In this document: positions 28,526 to 37,720 of the stretch, piece after piece
Layout: the number at the start of each line of letters is the position of its first letter
Position numbering within the stretch: the stretch's first letter is position 1
Origin: an uncultured Rhodospirillales bacterium
GTDB lineage: Bacteria > Pseudomonadota > Alphaproteobacteria > RF32 > CAG-239
NCBI GenBank assembly: GCA_902761715.1
Contig: CACWLK010000001.1
Location: 10,899 to 74,898, forward strand
Direction: 5' to 3'
DNA length: 64,000 bases
The notes under the pieces: model-generated
What the model was told of the DNA's origin: nothing
Seen by the model: only the letters and a program-made list of their open reading frames with translations
Database searches by the model: none
Program-made: the position numbers and the translations under genes

Positions 28526-29368
28526 ATGCAAACATTCACCCTACACACCCATAACCACGAACAGAATTTTGATGGTCATTATTCAGCAAGAGAAATGATT
28601 CAAGCTGCTCAAGACAAGGGCTTTTCAACTATAGGTGTTACCAATCACCTCATGGTTCATCCCAACATGCCGGCATACACATACGACATGCCCATGTTCT
28701 TCAGCGATTTTAATAAGGCTGAAAAAGTATATATGCGACATATTGAGATTTTGCAAAATCTCAAATCAGATTTTAAGATTGACATCAAAATCGGTTTTGA
28801 AGTTGATTTTTTCACATCTTCAGAATGGCGTAGAAATTTTGAAAAAATGATTACCAGACTACCGGTGGACTACCTGATAAGCGGCTCTCATTTTCTCAAA
28901 ACAAAAGACGAAAGTTTTTTGTGCAATATATTTCACCTCAAACAATTTTCGCCCTCCATTGATAAAGAAACAATGCATCATCTTGTAATAAATCATTTTG
29001 AGAACATAATTGCTGCCATCAAGAGTGGATACTTCAGCTTTATTGCTCATCTAGATTACTGCTCTATTTTCGGACTGGGAGAAGACAAGAAATACGACAA
29101 ATATAAATACAAAATTCTTGAAACTCTAGAACAAACAAAAACTCCGTTTGAAATCAACACCAGTGGCTACGACCGCATCAACCGCCCTCATCCTGCTCCT
29201 TGGATGATACAAGAAATGTCTGCAAAAAACGGCATTGTTCCAATAGTCATAAGCGATGATGCTCATTTTACCGAACATTTAGGTCGCCATTTTGCAGAAG
29301 CAGAAGCACTGCTCAAACAACTTAATTACACCAATCGTTTTACACCCGATATGCTGAAAAAACCTTAG
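28526..29368 (+). CDS. PHP-family (HisJ-like) phosphoesterase
   Basis: LHTHNH...DGH at the N-terminus and IAHLDY plus SDDAH later match the PHP metal-ligand pattern. Confidence 0.65.
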   Translation: MQTFTLHTHNHEQNFDGHYSAREMIQAAQDKGFSTIGVTNHLMVHPNMPAYTYDMPMFFSDFNKAEKVYMRHIEILQNLKSDFKIDIKIGFEVDFFTSSEWRRNFEKMITRLPVDYLISGSHFLKTKDESFLCNIFHLKQFSPSIDKETMHHLVINHFENIIAAIKSGYFSFIAHLDYCSIFGLGEDKKYDKYKYKILETLEQTKTPFEINTSGYDRINRPHPAPWMIQEMSAKNGIVPIVISDDAHFTEHLGRHFAEAEALLKQLNYTNRFTPDMLKKP

Positions 29369-29400
29369 TTTCAACTCAATTATTTAAAGTTTTTAATTCT

Positions 29401-29976
29401 TTACCAATGGAACTTTTGCTCAGCCTTCAGTTGATTAAAATGTTCCATATCACGATATTTAAACACCTTGGCAGGGTTTCCGCCAACTATTGCTCCGGAC
29501 GGGATATCTCCATGCACAACGGCTCCGCCCTGAATAATTGCCCCTTCTCCGATTGTTGTGCCCGGCAAAATCAAAACTCTCACCCCAATCCACACAAAAT
29601 CACCAATTTTTACATCTTTATAAATTCTCTTATCATCATATGGGATTTCTTCACCTTCGTAATTATGATTTTCTGTAACAATCAAACAATCTCCTGCTGC
29701 AATCACATGTGAGCCTATTTCGACATTTCCTTTTCCGGCAATTTTCATACCATGTAAAAGCACATAGTCCCCAATTGTTGTGTTTTTATTGACCTTGCTT
29801 GTAGATGTAACTTTCAAATGTTTCCCGACACTTTTGGCTGTTTTGCGAATTTTCCAAATATAAACATTTCTGTTATCACCGCACCACAAAATATCTTCCA
29901 ACCGCTTTAAAAACGGCTTGCGATATTTTTTAAACGGTATCAACATACTGATTAACTTTGCCAATGTTTTCATCAT
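29401..29976 (-). CDS. hexapeptide-repeat (LbH) acetyltransferase with N-terminal hydrophobic segment
   Basis: IGDFVWIGVRVLILPGTTIGEGAIIQGGAVVHGDIPSGAIVGGNPAK. I placed the start at ATG 29976, behind AAGGAG. Confidence 0.7.
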   Translation of the reverse strand: MMKTLAKLISMLIPFKKYRKPFLKRLEDILWCGDNRNVYIWKIRKTAKSVGKHLKVTSTSKVNKNTTIGDYVLLHGMKIAGKGNVEIGSHVIAAGDCLIVTENHNYEGEEIPYDDKRIYKDVKIGDFVWIGVRVLILPGTTIGEGAIIQGGAVVHGDIPSGAIVGGNPAKVFKYRDMEHFNQLKAEQKFHW

Positions 29977-30091
29977 AATCTCCTTAAGAAACATCAGCAT
30001 CAAACGTACGATTTTTAATTACATATGTCAATCATATAAAATCAGCCGTTTACAAGCCCAAAAAACATATTTTGTATCGTACGTTTTAAAA

Positions 30092-30856
30092 CTACTTTGA
30101 ATATTCGTCTGATTTTAGCATCATATCAATCGGTTGTCTAATCTCAACCCGCGGATACCACACAATACTGTTATTATCCTTATCCCAACCGGTTCCGACA
30201 AAACCATCATTAGACAATTTCATCATTTTATTAAACAAAATCGGCACATTCTTATGAACATCTGTTCCCAAAGATAAAACATACGGACGGCTCATATCCA
30301 AGTTATAATCGGTGCTACCGTCCAAACTTTTTTGCAAATAAATCACTTTTGCATTATCTTCCGGATCATAATCAACTCTGGCAATATTCATGCCATATTG
30401 AATTGCATTGACCCAACTCGCCGGATTATCTGCGGCAATCTGCGTAATTGCCAATTTACGACCGGCCGAAATTGCGACTTCCTCACGAATTTTCAGCATT
30501 CGTTTCATCAGTCCTCTACCACGATATTGCGGATCAACCAACACCGCTTTGTAAACTGCCAGGTCTTCATTAGGACGCTGAAAAGCGAACTCTTCCAGCT
30601 CCCTTTTATCATTGTTCCCCGGCAACGATAAAATTGACTGCGACACCAACCGATTTTTATCAAACAGACCAAAAACATACATATGGTCGCTTTTCAGAGC
30701 GTTACTAAAATCATCTAATGTTCTGTGCAAAATAAAATGCTGTTCGTCCGGCTTAAATCCGGCAATAATTTTATCCTGCAAATCAACCAGACTGTGCAAA
30801 TCAGCCGTGCACATTTCCAGTCGTCTCAAATCCAATCCTGATATATCTTTGGTCAT
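30092..30856 (-). CDS. GNAT-family N-acetyltransferase
   Basis: VLVDPQYRGRGLMKRML is an acetyl-CoA loop. I placed the start at ATG 30856, behind GAGGA. Confidence 0.65.
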   Translation of the reverse strand: MTKDISGLDLRRLEMCTADLHSLVDLQDKIIAGFKPDEQHFILHRTLDDFSNALKSDHMYVFGLFDKNRLVSQSILSLPGNNDKRELEEFAFQRPNEDLAVYKAVLVDPQYRGRGLMKRMLKIREEVAISAGRKLAITQIAADNPASWVNAIQYGMNIARVDYDPEDNAKVIYLQKSLDGSTDYNLDMSRPYVLSLGTDVHKNVPILFNKMMKLSNDGFVGTGWDKDNNSIVWYPRVEIRQPIDMMLKSDEYSK

Positions 30857-30947
30857 CGTTATTCCTCGTTTCGGCAAAACTAGAAGAAAGCAAAAGTATT
30901 GTCAAATATTTTTTTATGTGTAAAATTCTCAAGAGAAAGGAAAGAAT

Positions 30948-32084
30948 ATGTTAAATCCCGTCGAATTTTGCCAAAAACTGGTTTCATACCCGAGCGTAGG
31001 TGCTGATATTGAAACAATCGTAAATGTTGTCGCTGCTGAATTTTCTCAGCTTGGCTTTCAAATTAAAATACTTAATATCACTGATCAAAAAAACACCCGC
31101 CCTGCTCTTGTTGCCACATATTCACGGGGAATCGGCAAACATTTGCTGTTTTGCGGTCATCTTGATGTCGTTCCTGCCGGCAATGATGAATTATGGACAC
31201 ATCCTCCGTTTGCTGCTCAAATTGACAACGGCATCTTATACGGACGTGGTGTTTGTGATATGAAAGGCGGTATCGCCTCTTTTGCCGCCGCTGCCGCACA
31301 AATTATTGCCGACAACACATGGCAAGGCAAAATCACCGTTATTCTTTCTACCGACGAGGAAGAACCGATTGTCTGTTGCACCAAGGTTGCTTTGCAAACG
31401 CTTATAAACCGTGGAGAAAAATTTGATTTTGCAATTGTCGGAGAGCCTTCAAACGCCCATAATTTTGGTGATGCCATCAAAATCGGACGCCGTGGCGACA
31501 TTGTCATCAATATTGCCTCTTTCGGAAAACAAGCACATACCGCTTATGCTTCAACAACCGACAACCCTATTCATGGCTTGGTAGAACTATTGCATAAACT
31601 ACAAGCTATTACTCTTGACAACGGCAACCCGTATTTTCCGCCGTCTGCAATGCAAATCACTACCATAGATGTCGGCAACAGAGCCAGCAACATTGTTCCC
31701 CCACGAGCAACCGCCCAGATAGACATTCGCTTCAACAATGTCCACACATCATCAAGCATCATCAATCTGGTTAAGCGTCAAGCCGAAGCCACAACCGGAA
31801 CATTTGAGTTCAAATTTGATATTATCGGCGAATCTTTTTTCAGCCCGATAAGCAATCACATTGAAATGCTTACCGCTACAATCAAAAAACACTGCGGCAC
31901 CACCCCCGAATACTCAACTTCAGGCGGAACTTCTGACGCTCGCTTTATTGCCCCATACTGTCCGGTTGTTGAATTTGGTCTGACTAACTCTACCATTCAC
32001 AAAGTCAACGAGTGCGAAAAAGTTGAAAACATACTCAAACTCACACAAATTTACACCGATTTTATGAAAGATTTTTTTGCTTAG
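30948..32084 (+). CDS. dapE: succinyl-diaminopimelate desuccinylase (M20 peptidase)
   Basis: FCGHLDVVPAG, WTHPPF and GRGVCDMKGG motifs, at the typical DapE length of 378 aa. Confidence 0.8.
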   Translation: MLNPVEFCQKLVSYPSVGADIETIVNVVAAEFSQLGFQIKILNITDQKNTRPALVATYSRGIGKHLLFCGHLDVVPAGNDELWTHPPFAAQIDNGILYGRGVCDMKGGIASFAAAAAQIIADNTWQGKITVILSTDEEEPIVCCTKVALQTLINRGEKFDFAIVGEPSNAHNFGDAIKIGRRGDIVINIASFGKQAHTAYASTTDNPIHGLVELLHKLQAITLDNGNPYFPPSAMQITTIDVGNRASNIVPPRATAQIDIRFNNVHTSSSIINLVKRQAEATTGTFEFKFDIIGESFFSPISNHIEMLTATIKKHCGTTPEYSTSGGTSDARFIAPYCPVVEFGLTNSTIHKVNECEKVENILKLTQIYTDFMKDFFA

Positions 32085-32120
32085 ATACAACAAAAGCCCT
32101 GATTTAACAGGGCTTTGAGA

Positions 32121-32196
<76 letters not shown>

Positions 32197-32291
32197 AGGT
32201 TAACGCAACAGTTTATAATAGATATTTTAGACATTGTCCAGCATATTTTTATTTTTTGTGTAATTTTTTTATAACCTGTTGATTCAACAGA

Positions 32292-34232
32292 CTATTGTTC
32301 GTGCTCTACACGATATTTTGCCACTGCCATCGCAATGGCATACATTTTATTATAAAGCTTGGTACCATTGGCTTTTACTGTCTCAAAACATTCATCGTCA
32401 GCAATCAATTCTTTTACATCGCCCAACTCTTTTTTGCCTTCTACGGCATTTTTAACCCCATTGACCAGCACATTACCTTCCATCTCAACCAACTTTGCCC
32501 CATCCTCGCTGTTCATCGGGCTCACTCTAAACCCCCAAAAATTATGCTCATCGCAACCTTTACCCATATTGTCGGCCAAAAACAGATTTCCTCGGTCATC
32601 AGGAAAATAACTTAACGGAATTTTCTCCTCACGCCGCACCGCATCAAGCGCCAGTTCAAAGTTATTATGATGGCTTGTTTCAAAATCTCGTGCCGAGGCA
32701 AAAGATACCATGGTTGACTTTGAACATCCGAGCGGACAATACGGAGATTGTGTAACAATCAACAACTGTTTTTGTACAAACTCCCTGCTTTCTTTGTCAT
32801 ACCCGAGTTCTGCCATTCTTTTTTGCATCATTTCCTCAAGTTTCAATGCCGTATATGCACCGTGGCAATGGGCAAATATTTGCAATTTGCGAATATTTTT
32901 AGCCGCTTTTTTAGCGCTGAATCTTCGACCGTTATTGCTTAATCTCGGCTCAATAAAATCATCAAATATGTCTTTTATATATTTTGGATCTTTTGTTTCC
33001 GCATTGAGTTCTTTATCACGCACATTGCGATGATGTTCCTGCATCAATTTTGTACGAGCCCAGTTAACATCCATATACTCACCAAAGTCATAGATTACAC
33101 CATAAATATTGACTTTGTCCTGCAAATCATGCTTTTCCATCAAACGATAAATCTCGCCCAAATATCCGTTTAGTTCTTTTTCAAAGCGAACACCGTCGCC
33201 GCCCAAGGCCAACACACAAGGCTTTTCATTATCTACATCACTGACATTTTCAAAGCCATAAGGATTTTCATCGCTTTTGGCTGTTCTTTTATGCACTGAA
33301 ACCTTACTGCACAATTTTTCATAATCCCCCAAAACTCGATACGCCACTTTTTGGGATATTTTATTATTTTTCGGATGTTCCAAGCCTTTTTTTATAACTT
33401 TGGTCAATCTTTCTTCATATTCCGGAAAAATGTCTCGCATTTGTCCTGCGCTTTTGTACAGTGCTGACAAAGCCGAATGGTCCTGATCCTTATCATCGAC
33501 ATGCTTTTCCATCAACTCTATGCAACGTTCCGGAATTGTGCTGTCAATAGGTCGGCTGTCATCAACATACACGGTATTTTCATCAATAGTCGGGTTAGAA
33601 ACCGCCATATAAGCCAAATTTTTATAAAAATCGCCCTGTTTTTTAGGCGTCAACCTTTCTTCCAAAATATCAAGCAGTTGTCCGCCCAACTCAAAGTGTT
33701 TCTCATAGATTTTATCAATATTTGAATAAATTGATGCTCCGATATCTTCACTTTTTGTCGCCGTATCGACCATCTTATCGGCATCGGCACCTTTCTCGGC
33801 GCTTCTGATTGCGGCCAACGCCGCCACACCGAATACATATCCTCCGTTAGGTCCGCAGTCTTTTGAATGTTCCATTGTTGTATCAAAAAAATACTGAACC
33901 ATACGTGTATGTGTTTTCAACAGGTCCGGCACACAACGTGCTGCAAAATCAGGTTTCTGTTTCGATATTTTATCAAATTCCGACGTCAGTTCTTCATCTT
34001 TAACATGCTCAGCAGCCTTGCAAAACAGTCTCATTGCCATTGGGGCCGTATCAGAGCAAAAACCCGAATACTTAAGCGAATCTCTGACCGCCGCAAGAGT
34101 ATAACTTGACAGTTCAGGATATTCCTCAAGTGCAGAATAAAGTTGCTTATATCCTTCAAAACAGTCATCAAATTTGAGATCATCGCCATCGGTAAACTTC
34201 ACCAACCAGTCATATGCTGCACTTTTCTGCAT
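32292..34232 (-). CDS. hypothetical 646-aa protein (helical N-half, possible hydrolase-like C-half)
   Basis: Long ORF with GGAG as SD and its own promoter. It contains CVLALGGDG and IFAHCHGAYT segments. I recognise no family. Confidence 0.6.
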   Translation of the reverse strand: MQKSAAYDWLVKFTDGDDLKFDDCFEGYKQLYSALEEYPELSSYTLAAVRDSLKYSGFCSDTAPMAMRLFCKAAEHVKDEELTSEFDKISKQKPDFAARCVPDLLKTHTRMVQYFFDTTMEHSKDCGPNGGYVFGVAALAAIRSAEKGADADKMVDTATKSEDIGASIYSNIDKIYEKHFELGGQLLDILEERLTPKKQGDFYKNLAYMAVSNPTIDENTVYVDDSRPIDSTIPERCIELMEKHVDDKDQDHSALSALYKSAGQMRDIFPEYEERLTKVIKKGLEHPKNNKISQKVAYRVLGDYEKLCSKVSVHKRTAKSDENPYGFENVSDVDNEKPCVLALGGDGVRFEKELNGYLGEIYRLMEKHDLQDKVNIYGVIYDFGEYMDVNWARTKLMQEHHRNVRDKELNAETKDPKYIKDIFDDFIEPRLSNNGRRFSAKKAAKNIRKLQIFAHCHGAYTALKLEEMMQKRMAELGYDKESREFVQKQLLIVTQSPYCPLGCSKSTMVSFASARDFETSHHNNFELALDAVRREEKIPLSYFPDDRGNLFLADNMGKGCDEHNFWGFRVSPMNSEDGAKLVEMEGNVLVNGVKNAVEGKKELGDVKELIADDECFETVKANGTKLYNKMYAIAMAVAKYRVEHEQ

Positions 34233-34262
34233 TTTATTTCTCCATTTACAACAATTGAGCCT

Positions 34263-34291
34263 ATTGTAGCATAAAGCTTCTTTTTTGTCTA
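34263..34291 (-). promoter_or_regulatory. predicted sigma70-type promoter (TAGACA-17-TACAAT) of the 646-aa gene
   Basis: Boxes read by eye on the minus strand, with a 17-nt spacer. Confidence 0.45.
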
Positions 34292-34303
34292 TTTATAAAA
34301 TAC

Positions 34304-34337
34304 AAAAGAGCCTGTTGCACATGCAAGAGGCTCTTTT
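34304..34337. terminator. long hairpin terminator
   Basis: AAAGAGCCTGTTGCA / TGCAAGAGGCTCTTT forms a stem of about 15 bp with one mismatch, flanked by A- and T-runs. Confidence 0.75.
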
Positions 34338-34353
34338 ATGAATAGACGTCGGA

Positions 34354-34494
34354 TCATTTCGTAATTTTTTTACGCTTTTTGTGTTCTCTGATGTTGTCGC
34401 CAATTCCTTCAAACAAAATCCACAGGACACCACATACGTAAATGAACATTATTACCGGCAATGCGATAATTTCGAATACGTCAGGTTTTTTCAT
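34354..34494 (-). CDS. small hydrophobic protein, 46 aa (below the ORF-track cutoff)
   Basis: My translation is MKKPDVFEIIALPVIMFIYVCGVLWILFEGIGDNIREHKKRKKITK. It is bracketed by a near-consensus promoter and a strong terminator. Confidence 0.4.
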   Translation of the reverse strand: MKKPDVFEIIALPVIMFIYVCGVLWILFEGIGDNIREHKKRKKITK

Positions 34495-34526
34495 ATAATT
34501 AATAAAAAATAACGGGTTATGCAGCG

Positions 34527-34554
34527 ATTATACACTAATATATTTTTTTGTCAA
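34527..34554 (-). promoter_or_regulatory. predicted promoter TTGACA-16-TATAAT
   Basis: Both hexamers are consensus on the minus strand, directly upstream of the 46-aa ORF. Confidence 0.5.
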
Positions 34555-34590
34555 ACAGAAAAGCTCCCCACCCGAAGGTGAGGAGCTCAA
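34555..34590 (-). terminator. Rho-independent terminator of the 327-aa gene
   Basis: GCTCCCCAC-CCGAAG-GTGAGGAGC hairpin with one mismatch, and a T-rich tail on the minus strand. Confidence 0.65.
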
Positions 34591-34612
34591 AGAACTTGTC
34601 TTTACCGAACGA

Positions 34613-35596
34613 CTAGAGCCCGAGAGCTTCTGCCGGAGTGGGATAACCCCCTCTTTCCAGCTTGGCTCTGATTTCTTTGTTGAAGACATAGTCACCATTG
34701 GTATCATACATGTCATCAACGCTGATCCCTTTGTACGAATACATCGGGAAGTCAAGCAGCTCGTCCACGCTCAGGTCATTGTTCCACAACGCCTGAAGTA
34801 CATAGAAGTACTGCTTGGGCTCATCACCAGTGGTCCGATCTTCAATCTTCAGCCATTTGCCTGCCTCTTCGAGGTTTCCCTCATTAACCTTCGCCAGGAA
34901 GGTAGAGTTAGCAAATCTGCGTCCGCCCATGCGCATAGCTGCCAATGTAACGACAACCATTTGCTTGTTTGTCAGCTTGACTTCAGAGTTGAGGTGGTTC
35001 AAAACCAACGGGCGCCAATCCTGAGCTACGACATCAACAGACTCCTCATAGGTCAGCCCGCTGAAATCGTACTCGGTAACCGGCTTGTCGTTGATAAACT
35101 TGAAGCCGACCAAGGCACGAGGACAATCTTCATCAACACTCTCCTGCACACCATCAAGGTACGCACGAACGGTTACGACATTGTCAAAAGCCTCGTCATA
35201 GACGACCTCAGGCATATCGGCAAACCCGCTTTTCATTGAATTCGAACAGCTGTGCCAAAGTGCCACAATCAGCAGCACAAGAACAACGGCCGCCCCGATC
35301 CAGTGCCAAGCATTCTCCTTTTTTCGTTCTGCGGCGGGGTCATCGGGCGCTGTGCGCTTGAAAAGACCGGTAAACCAGTCCCAAAATAGCACCAGCCATC
35401 CCCACACGATAAAGCCGAAAGGCTTCAGCGCATGGCTCCACAACCACACCAGCCCATCCACCAGATAAGATCCGAGGACGTACAGCAGAATGAAGGGAAA
35501 GCACAGAATCAGGAGCAGCACCTTCAGGTTGTAGTTGATAGTTAACGAACCCTGCCACCAGTTTTTGCCGGTGTTAAAAGAAAAGATCTTCTTCAT
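34613..35596 (-). CDS. multi-TM protein with lysozyme-like C-terminal domain (tentative)
   Basis: About three Trp-rich TM segments at the N-terminus. LTNKQMVVVTLAAMRMGGRRFANSTFLAKVNEGNLEEAGKWL resembles the helix pattern of GH24-type lysozymes. The coding sequence is GC-rich. Confidence 0.45.
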   Translation of the reverse strand: MKKIFSFNTGKNWWQGSLTINYNLKVLLLILCFPFILLYVLGSYLVDGLVWLWSHALKPFGFIVWGWLVLFWDWFTGLFKRTAPDDPAAERKKENAWHWIGAAVVLVLLIVALWHSCSNSMKSGFADMPEVVYDEAFDNVVTVRAYLDGVQESVDEDCPRALVGFKFINDKPVTEYDFSGLTYEESVDVVAQDWRPLVLNHLNSEVKLTNKQMVVVTLAAMRMGGRRFANSTFLAKVNEGNLEEAGKWLKIEDRTTGDEPKQYFYVLQALWNNDLSVDELLDFPMYSYKGISVDDMYDTNGDYVFNKEIRAKLERGGYPTPAEALGL

Positions 35597-35635
35597 AGAA
35601 AAAATAATTAAATTAATAACTCAGTGAACAGACCA

Positions 35636-35664
35636 ATTATAGCCCATTTTTGTTTTTTTGTCAA
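35636..35664 (-). promoter_or_regulatory. predicted consensus promoter TTGACA-17-TATAAT
   Basis: Both hexamers and the spacing are consensus on the minus strand, upstream of 34613-35596. Confidence 0.55.
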
Positions 35665-35848
35665 CATTTTGGTCAAAGCCGTAGTCTTTTGTTTTAAAAT
35701 TTAAAAAACGCGAAAAATTATCAAAAAATGGCATTTTTTGCACATTTTTGCCCCAAAAATTGCATTTTTTTACATATTTTTGTTGTTTTAAATTTTAGAT
35801 TGGAGTACAAGAGGAAACAGTTGTTTTAATTTTAAAGAGAGAAATGGA

Positions 35849-36319
35849 ATGTCAAATCCTATTGATACAAAAATAGTCAACAAATTGGCCGAGATTCTCG
35901 ACAAGAATGGTCTTGCCGAACTTGAATACGAAACCGAAAATTTCCGTGTTTCATTAGTAAAATCTCGTGCAGCATCAACCGCTTGTCCGGCTCCTGTTGC
36001 TGAACCTGCTGCTGTTGTTGCATCTGCCGCACCTGTTGTGGCAACTCCGGCTCCTGCTGCTGATGATGTTGATATCTCAACTCTACCCGGCTGTGTAAAA
36101 TCACCAATGGTCGGTGTTGTTTATCTCTCGAGTGATCCCAACTCTGCCAACTACGTCAAAATCGGAGATACCGTCAGCGAAGGTGACACCGTATGCTTGA
36201 TTGAAGCCATGAAAACCTTCAATCCTGTCAAAGCTCACCAAGGCGGTAAAGTTACCAAAATTTTGGTAGAAAGCGGAGATCCGGTTGAATATGGTGAACC
36301 GCTGGTCGTTATTGAATAA
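35849..36319 (+). CDS. accB: biotin carboxyl carrier protein of acetyl-CoA carboxylase
   Basis: EAMKTFN biotinylation motif and an Ala/Pro-rich linker. Confidence 0.9.
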   Translation: MSNPIDTKIVNKLAEILDKNGLAELEYETENFRVSLVKSRAASTACPAPVAEPAAVVASAAPVVATPAPAADDVDISTLPGCVKSPMVGVVYLSSDPNSANYVKIGDTVSEGDTVCLIEAMKTFNPVKAHQGGKVTKILVESGDPVEYGEPLVVIE

Positions 36320-36338
36320 TAACCTCAGGGAACATATC

Positions 36339-37688
36339 ATGTTTGAAAAAGTATTAATTGCAAACCGTGGCGAAATTGCTTTGCGTATTCATCGTGCCTG
36401 CCGTGAAATGGGCATTCATACCGTTGCCGTTCACTCTGAAGCCGATGCCAAAGCCATGCACGTCAGACTTGCCGACGAGGCCGTTTGTATTGGACCTTCT
36501 CGTTCGGCTGATTCATATTTGAACAAATCGGCAATTATTTCTGCCGCCTTAATCACCGGTGCTGATGCCATTCACCCCGGTTTTGGCTTTTTATCCGAAA
36601 ACGCCGATTTTGCCGAAATGGTTGAATCTCACGGCATTACCTTTATTGGTCCGTCTGCCGCCCAAATGCGCAAAATGGGCGACAAAATCACCGCCCGTCA
36701 AGCCGCAATCGAGGCCGGAATTCCCGTAACTCCGGGTTCTCCTTCTTTAGACACGGTTGAAGACGCCAAAAAATGGGCTCGCGAAATCGGCTATCCGGTT
36801 ATCATCAAAGCCAAAGATGGTGGCGGCGGCAAAGGCATGAAAATTGCGTTTAGCGAAGATGATATTGAAGAAGCCTACAAAATGGCTCGTGCTGAAGCCA
36901 AAGCTGCTTTTCCGACCGATGTTGTTTATATGGAAAAATATCTTCAACATCCCCGCCATATTGAAATGCAAATCTTAGCCGACAAATACGGCAATGTTGT
37001 TCATCTTGGCGAGCGTGATTGCTCAATCCAACGCAACAACCAAAAAGTGATTGAAGAAAGCCCCTCTCCGGCCCTCAATCAGGAGCAAAGAGAACAAATC
37101 GGTGAAATTGTTCGCAAAGCGATTGCTAAAATCGGATACTTTAATGCCGGCACGTTAGAATTTTTGTTTGAAAACGGCAAATTCTACTTTTTGGAGATGA
37201 ACACCCGCCTGCAGGTAGAACACCCGGTTACTGAAGCTGTCAGCGGTATAGACATTGTCCGTGAACAAATTCGTATTGCCAGCGGTGCCGCTCTCGGATA
37301 CGAGCAAAAGGATATCCACTTCAATGGTCATGCTATTGAGTGCCGCATTAATGCTGAAGATCCTAACACATTTGCTCCCTGCCCCGGAACCATTACCGAA
37401 TGGCATGCCCCCGGAGGACTTGGTGTGCGTGTAGATTCTGAAATTTATTCCGGCTACACAATTCCTCCGTTTTATGACAGCATGATTGCCAAACTGATAG
37501 TTCACGGTCAGACCCGCAACTCTGCACTCATGCGTCTGCGTCGTGCGTTGGAGGAATTTGTAATTGACGGCGTTTCAACCACAATTCCGCTTCATCAGGA
37601 AATTATTTCCCAGTCGGAATTTATTGACGGAATGTACAACATCCATTGGCTGGAACAACATATGAAGAAAAACACTTCCGAAAAATAA
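36339..37688 (+). CDS. accC: biotin carboxylase
   Basis: MFEKVLIANRGEIALRIHRACREMGI, then the ATP-grasp region and EMNTRLQVEHPVTE. I moved the start to ATG 36339. Confidence 0.9.
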   Translation: MFEKVLIANRGEIALRIHRACREMGIHTVAVHSEADAKAMHVRLADEAVCIGPSRSADSYLNKSAIISAALITGADAIHPGFGFLSENADFAEMVESHGITFIGPSAAQMRKMGDKITARQAAIEAGIPVTPGSPSLDTVEDAKKWAREIGYPVIIKAKDGGGGKGMKIAFSEDDIEEAYKMARAEAKAAFPTDVVYMEKYLQHPRHIEMQILADKYGNVVHLGERDCSIQRNNQKVIEESPSPALNQEQREQIGEIVRKAIAKIGYFNAGTLEFLFENGKFYFLEMNTRLQVEHPVTEAVSGIDIVREQIRIASGAALGYEQKDIHFNGHAIECRINAEDPNTFAPCPGTITEWHAPGGLGVRVDSEIYSGYTIPPFYDSMIAKLIVHGQTRNSALMRLRRALEEFVIDGVSTTIPLHQEIISQSEFIDGMYNIHWLEQHMKKNTSEK

Positions 37689-37720
37689 AAAAAAGCCCCA
37701 AACTCGGGGCTTTTTTTTAA
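37687..37720. terminator. bidirectional terminator
   Basis: AGCCCC-AAACTC-GGGGCT hairpin between A8 and T8, shared by the convergent accC and 37717-38646 genes. Confidence 0.8.

Noticed and set aside
35741-35763. Inverted repeat ATTTTTG-CCC-CAAAAAT and reiterated GCA(N)ATTTTT units in the 252-bp region upstream of accB, as a possible operator.
   Set aside because: It consists almost entirely of A/T runs, so such symmetry is easy to obtain by chance. No known accBC regulator motif was recognised.
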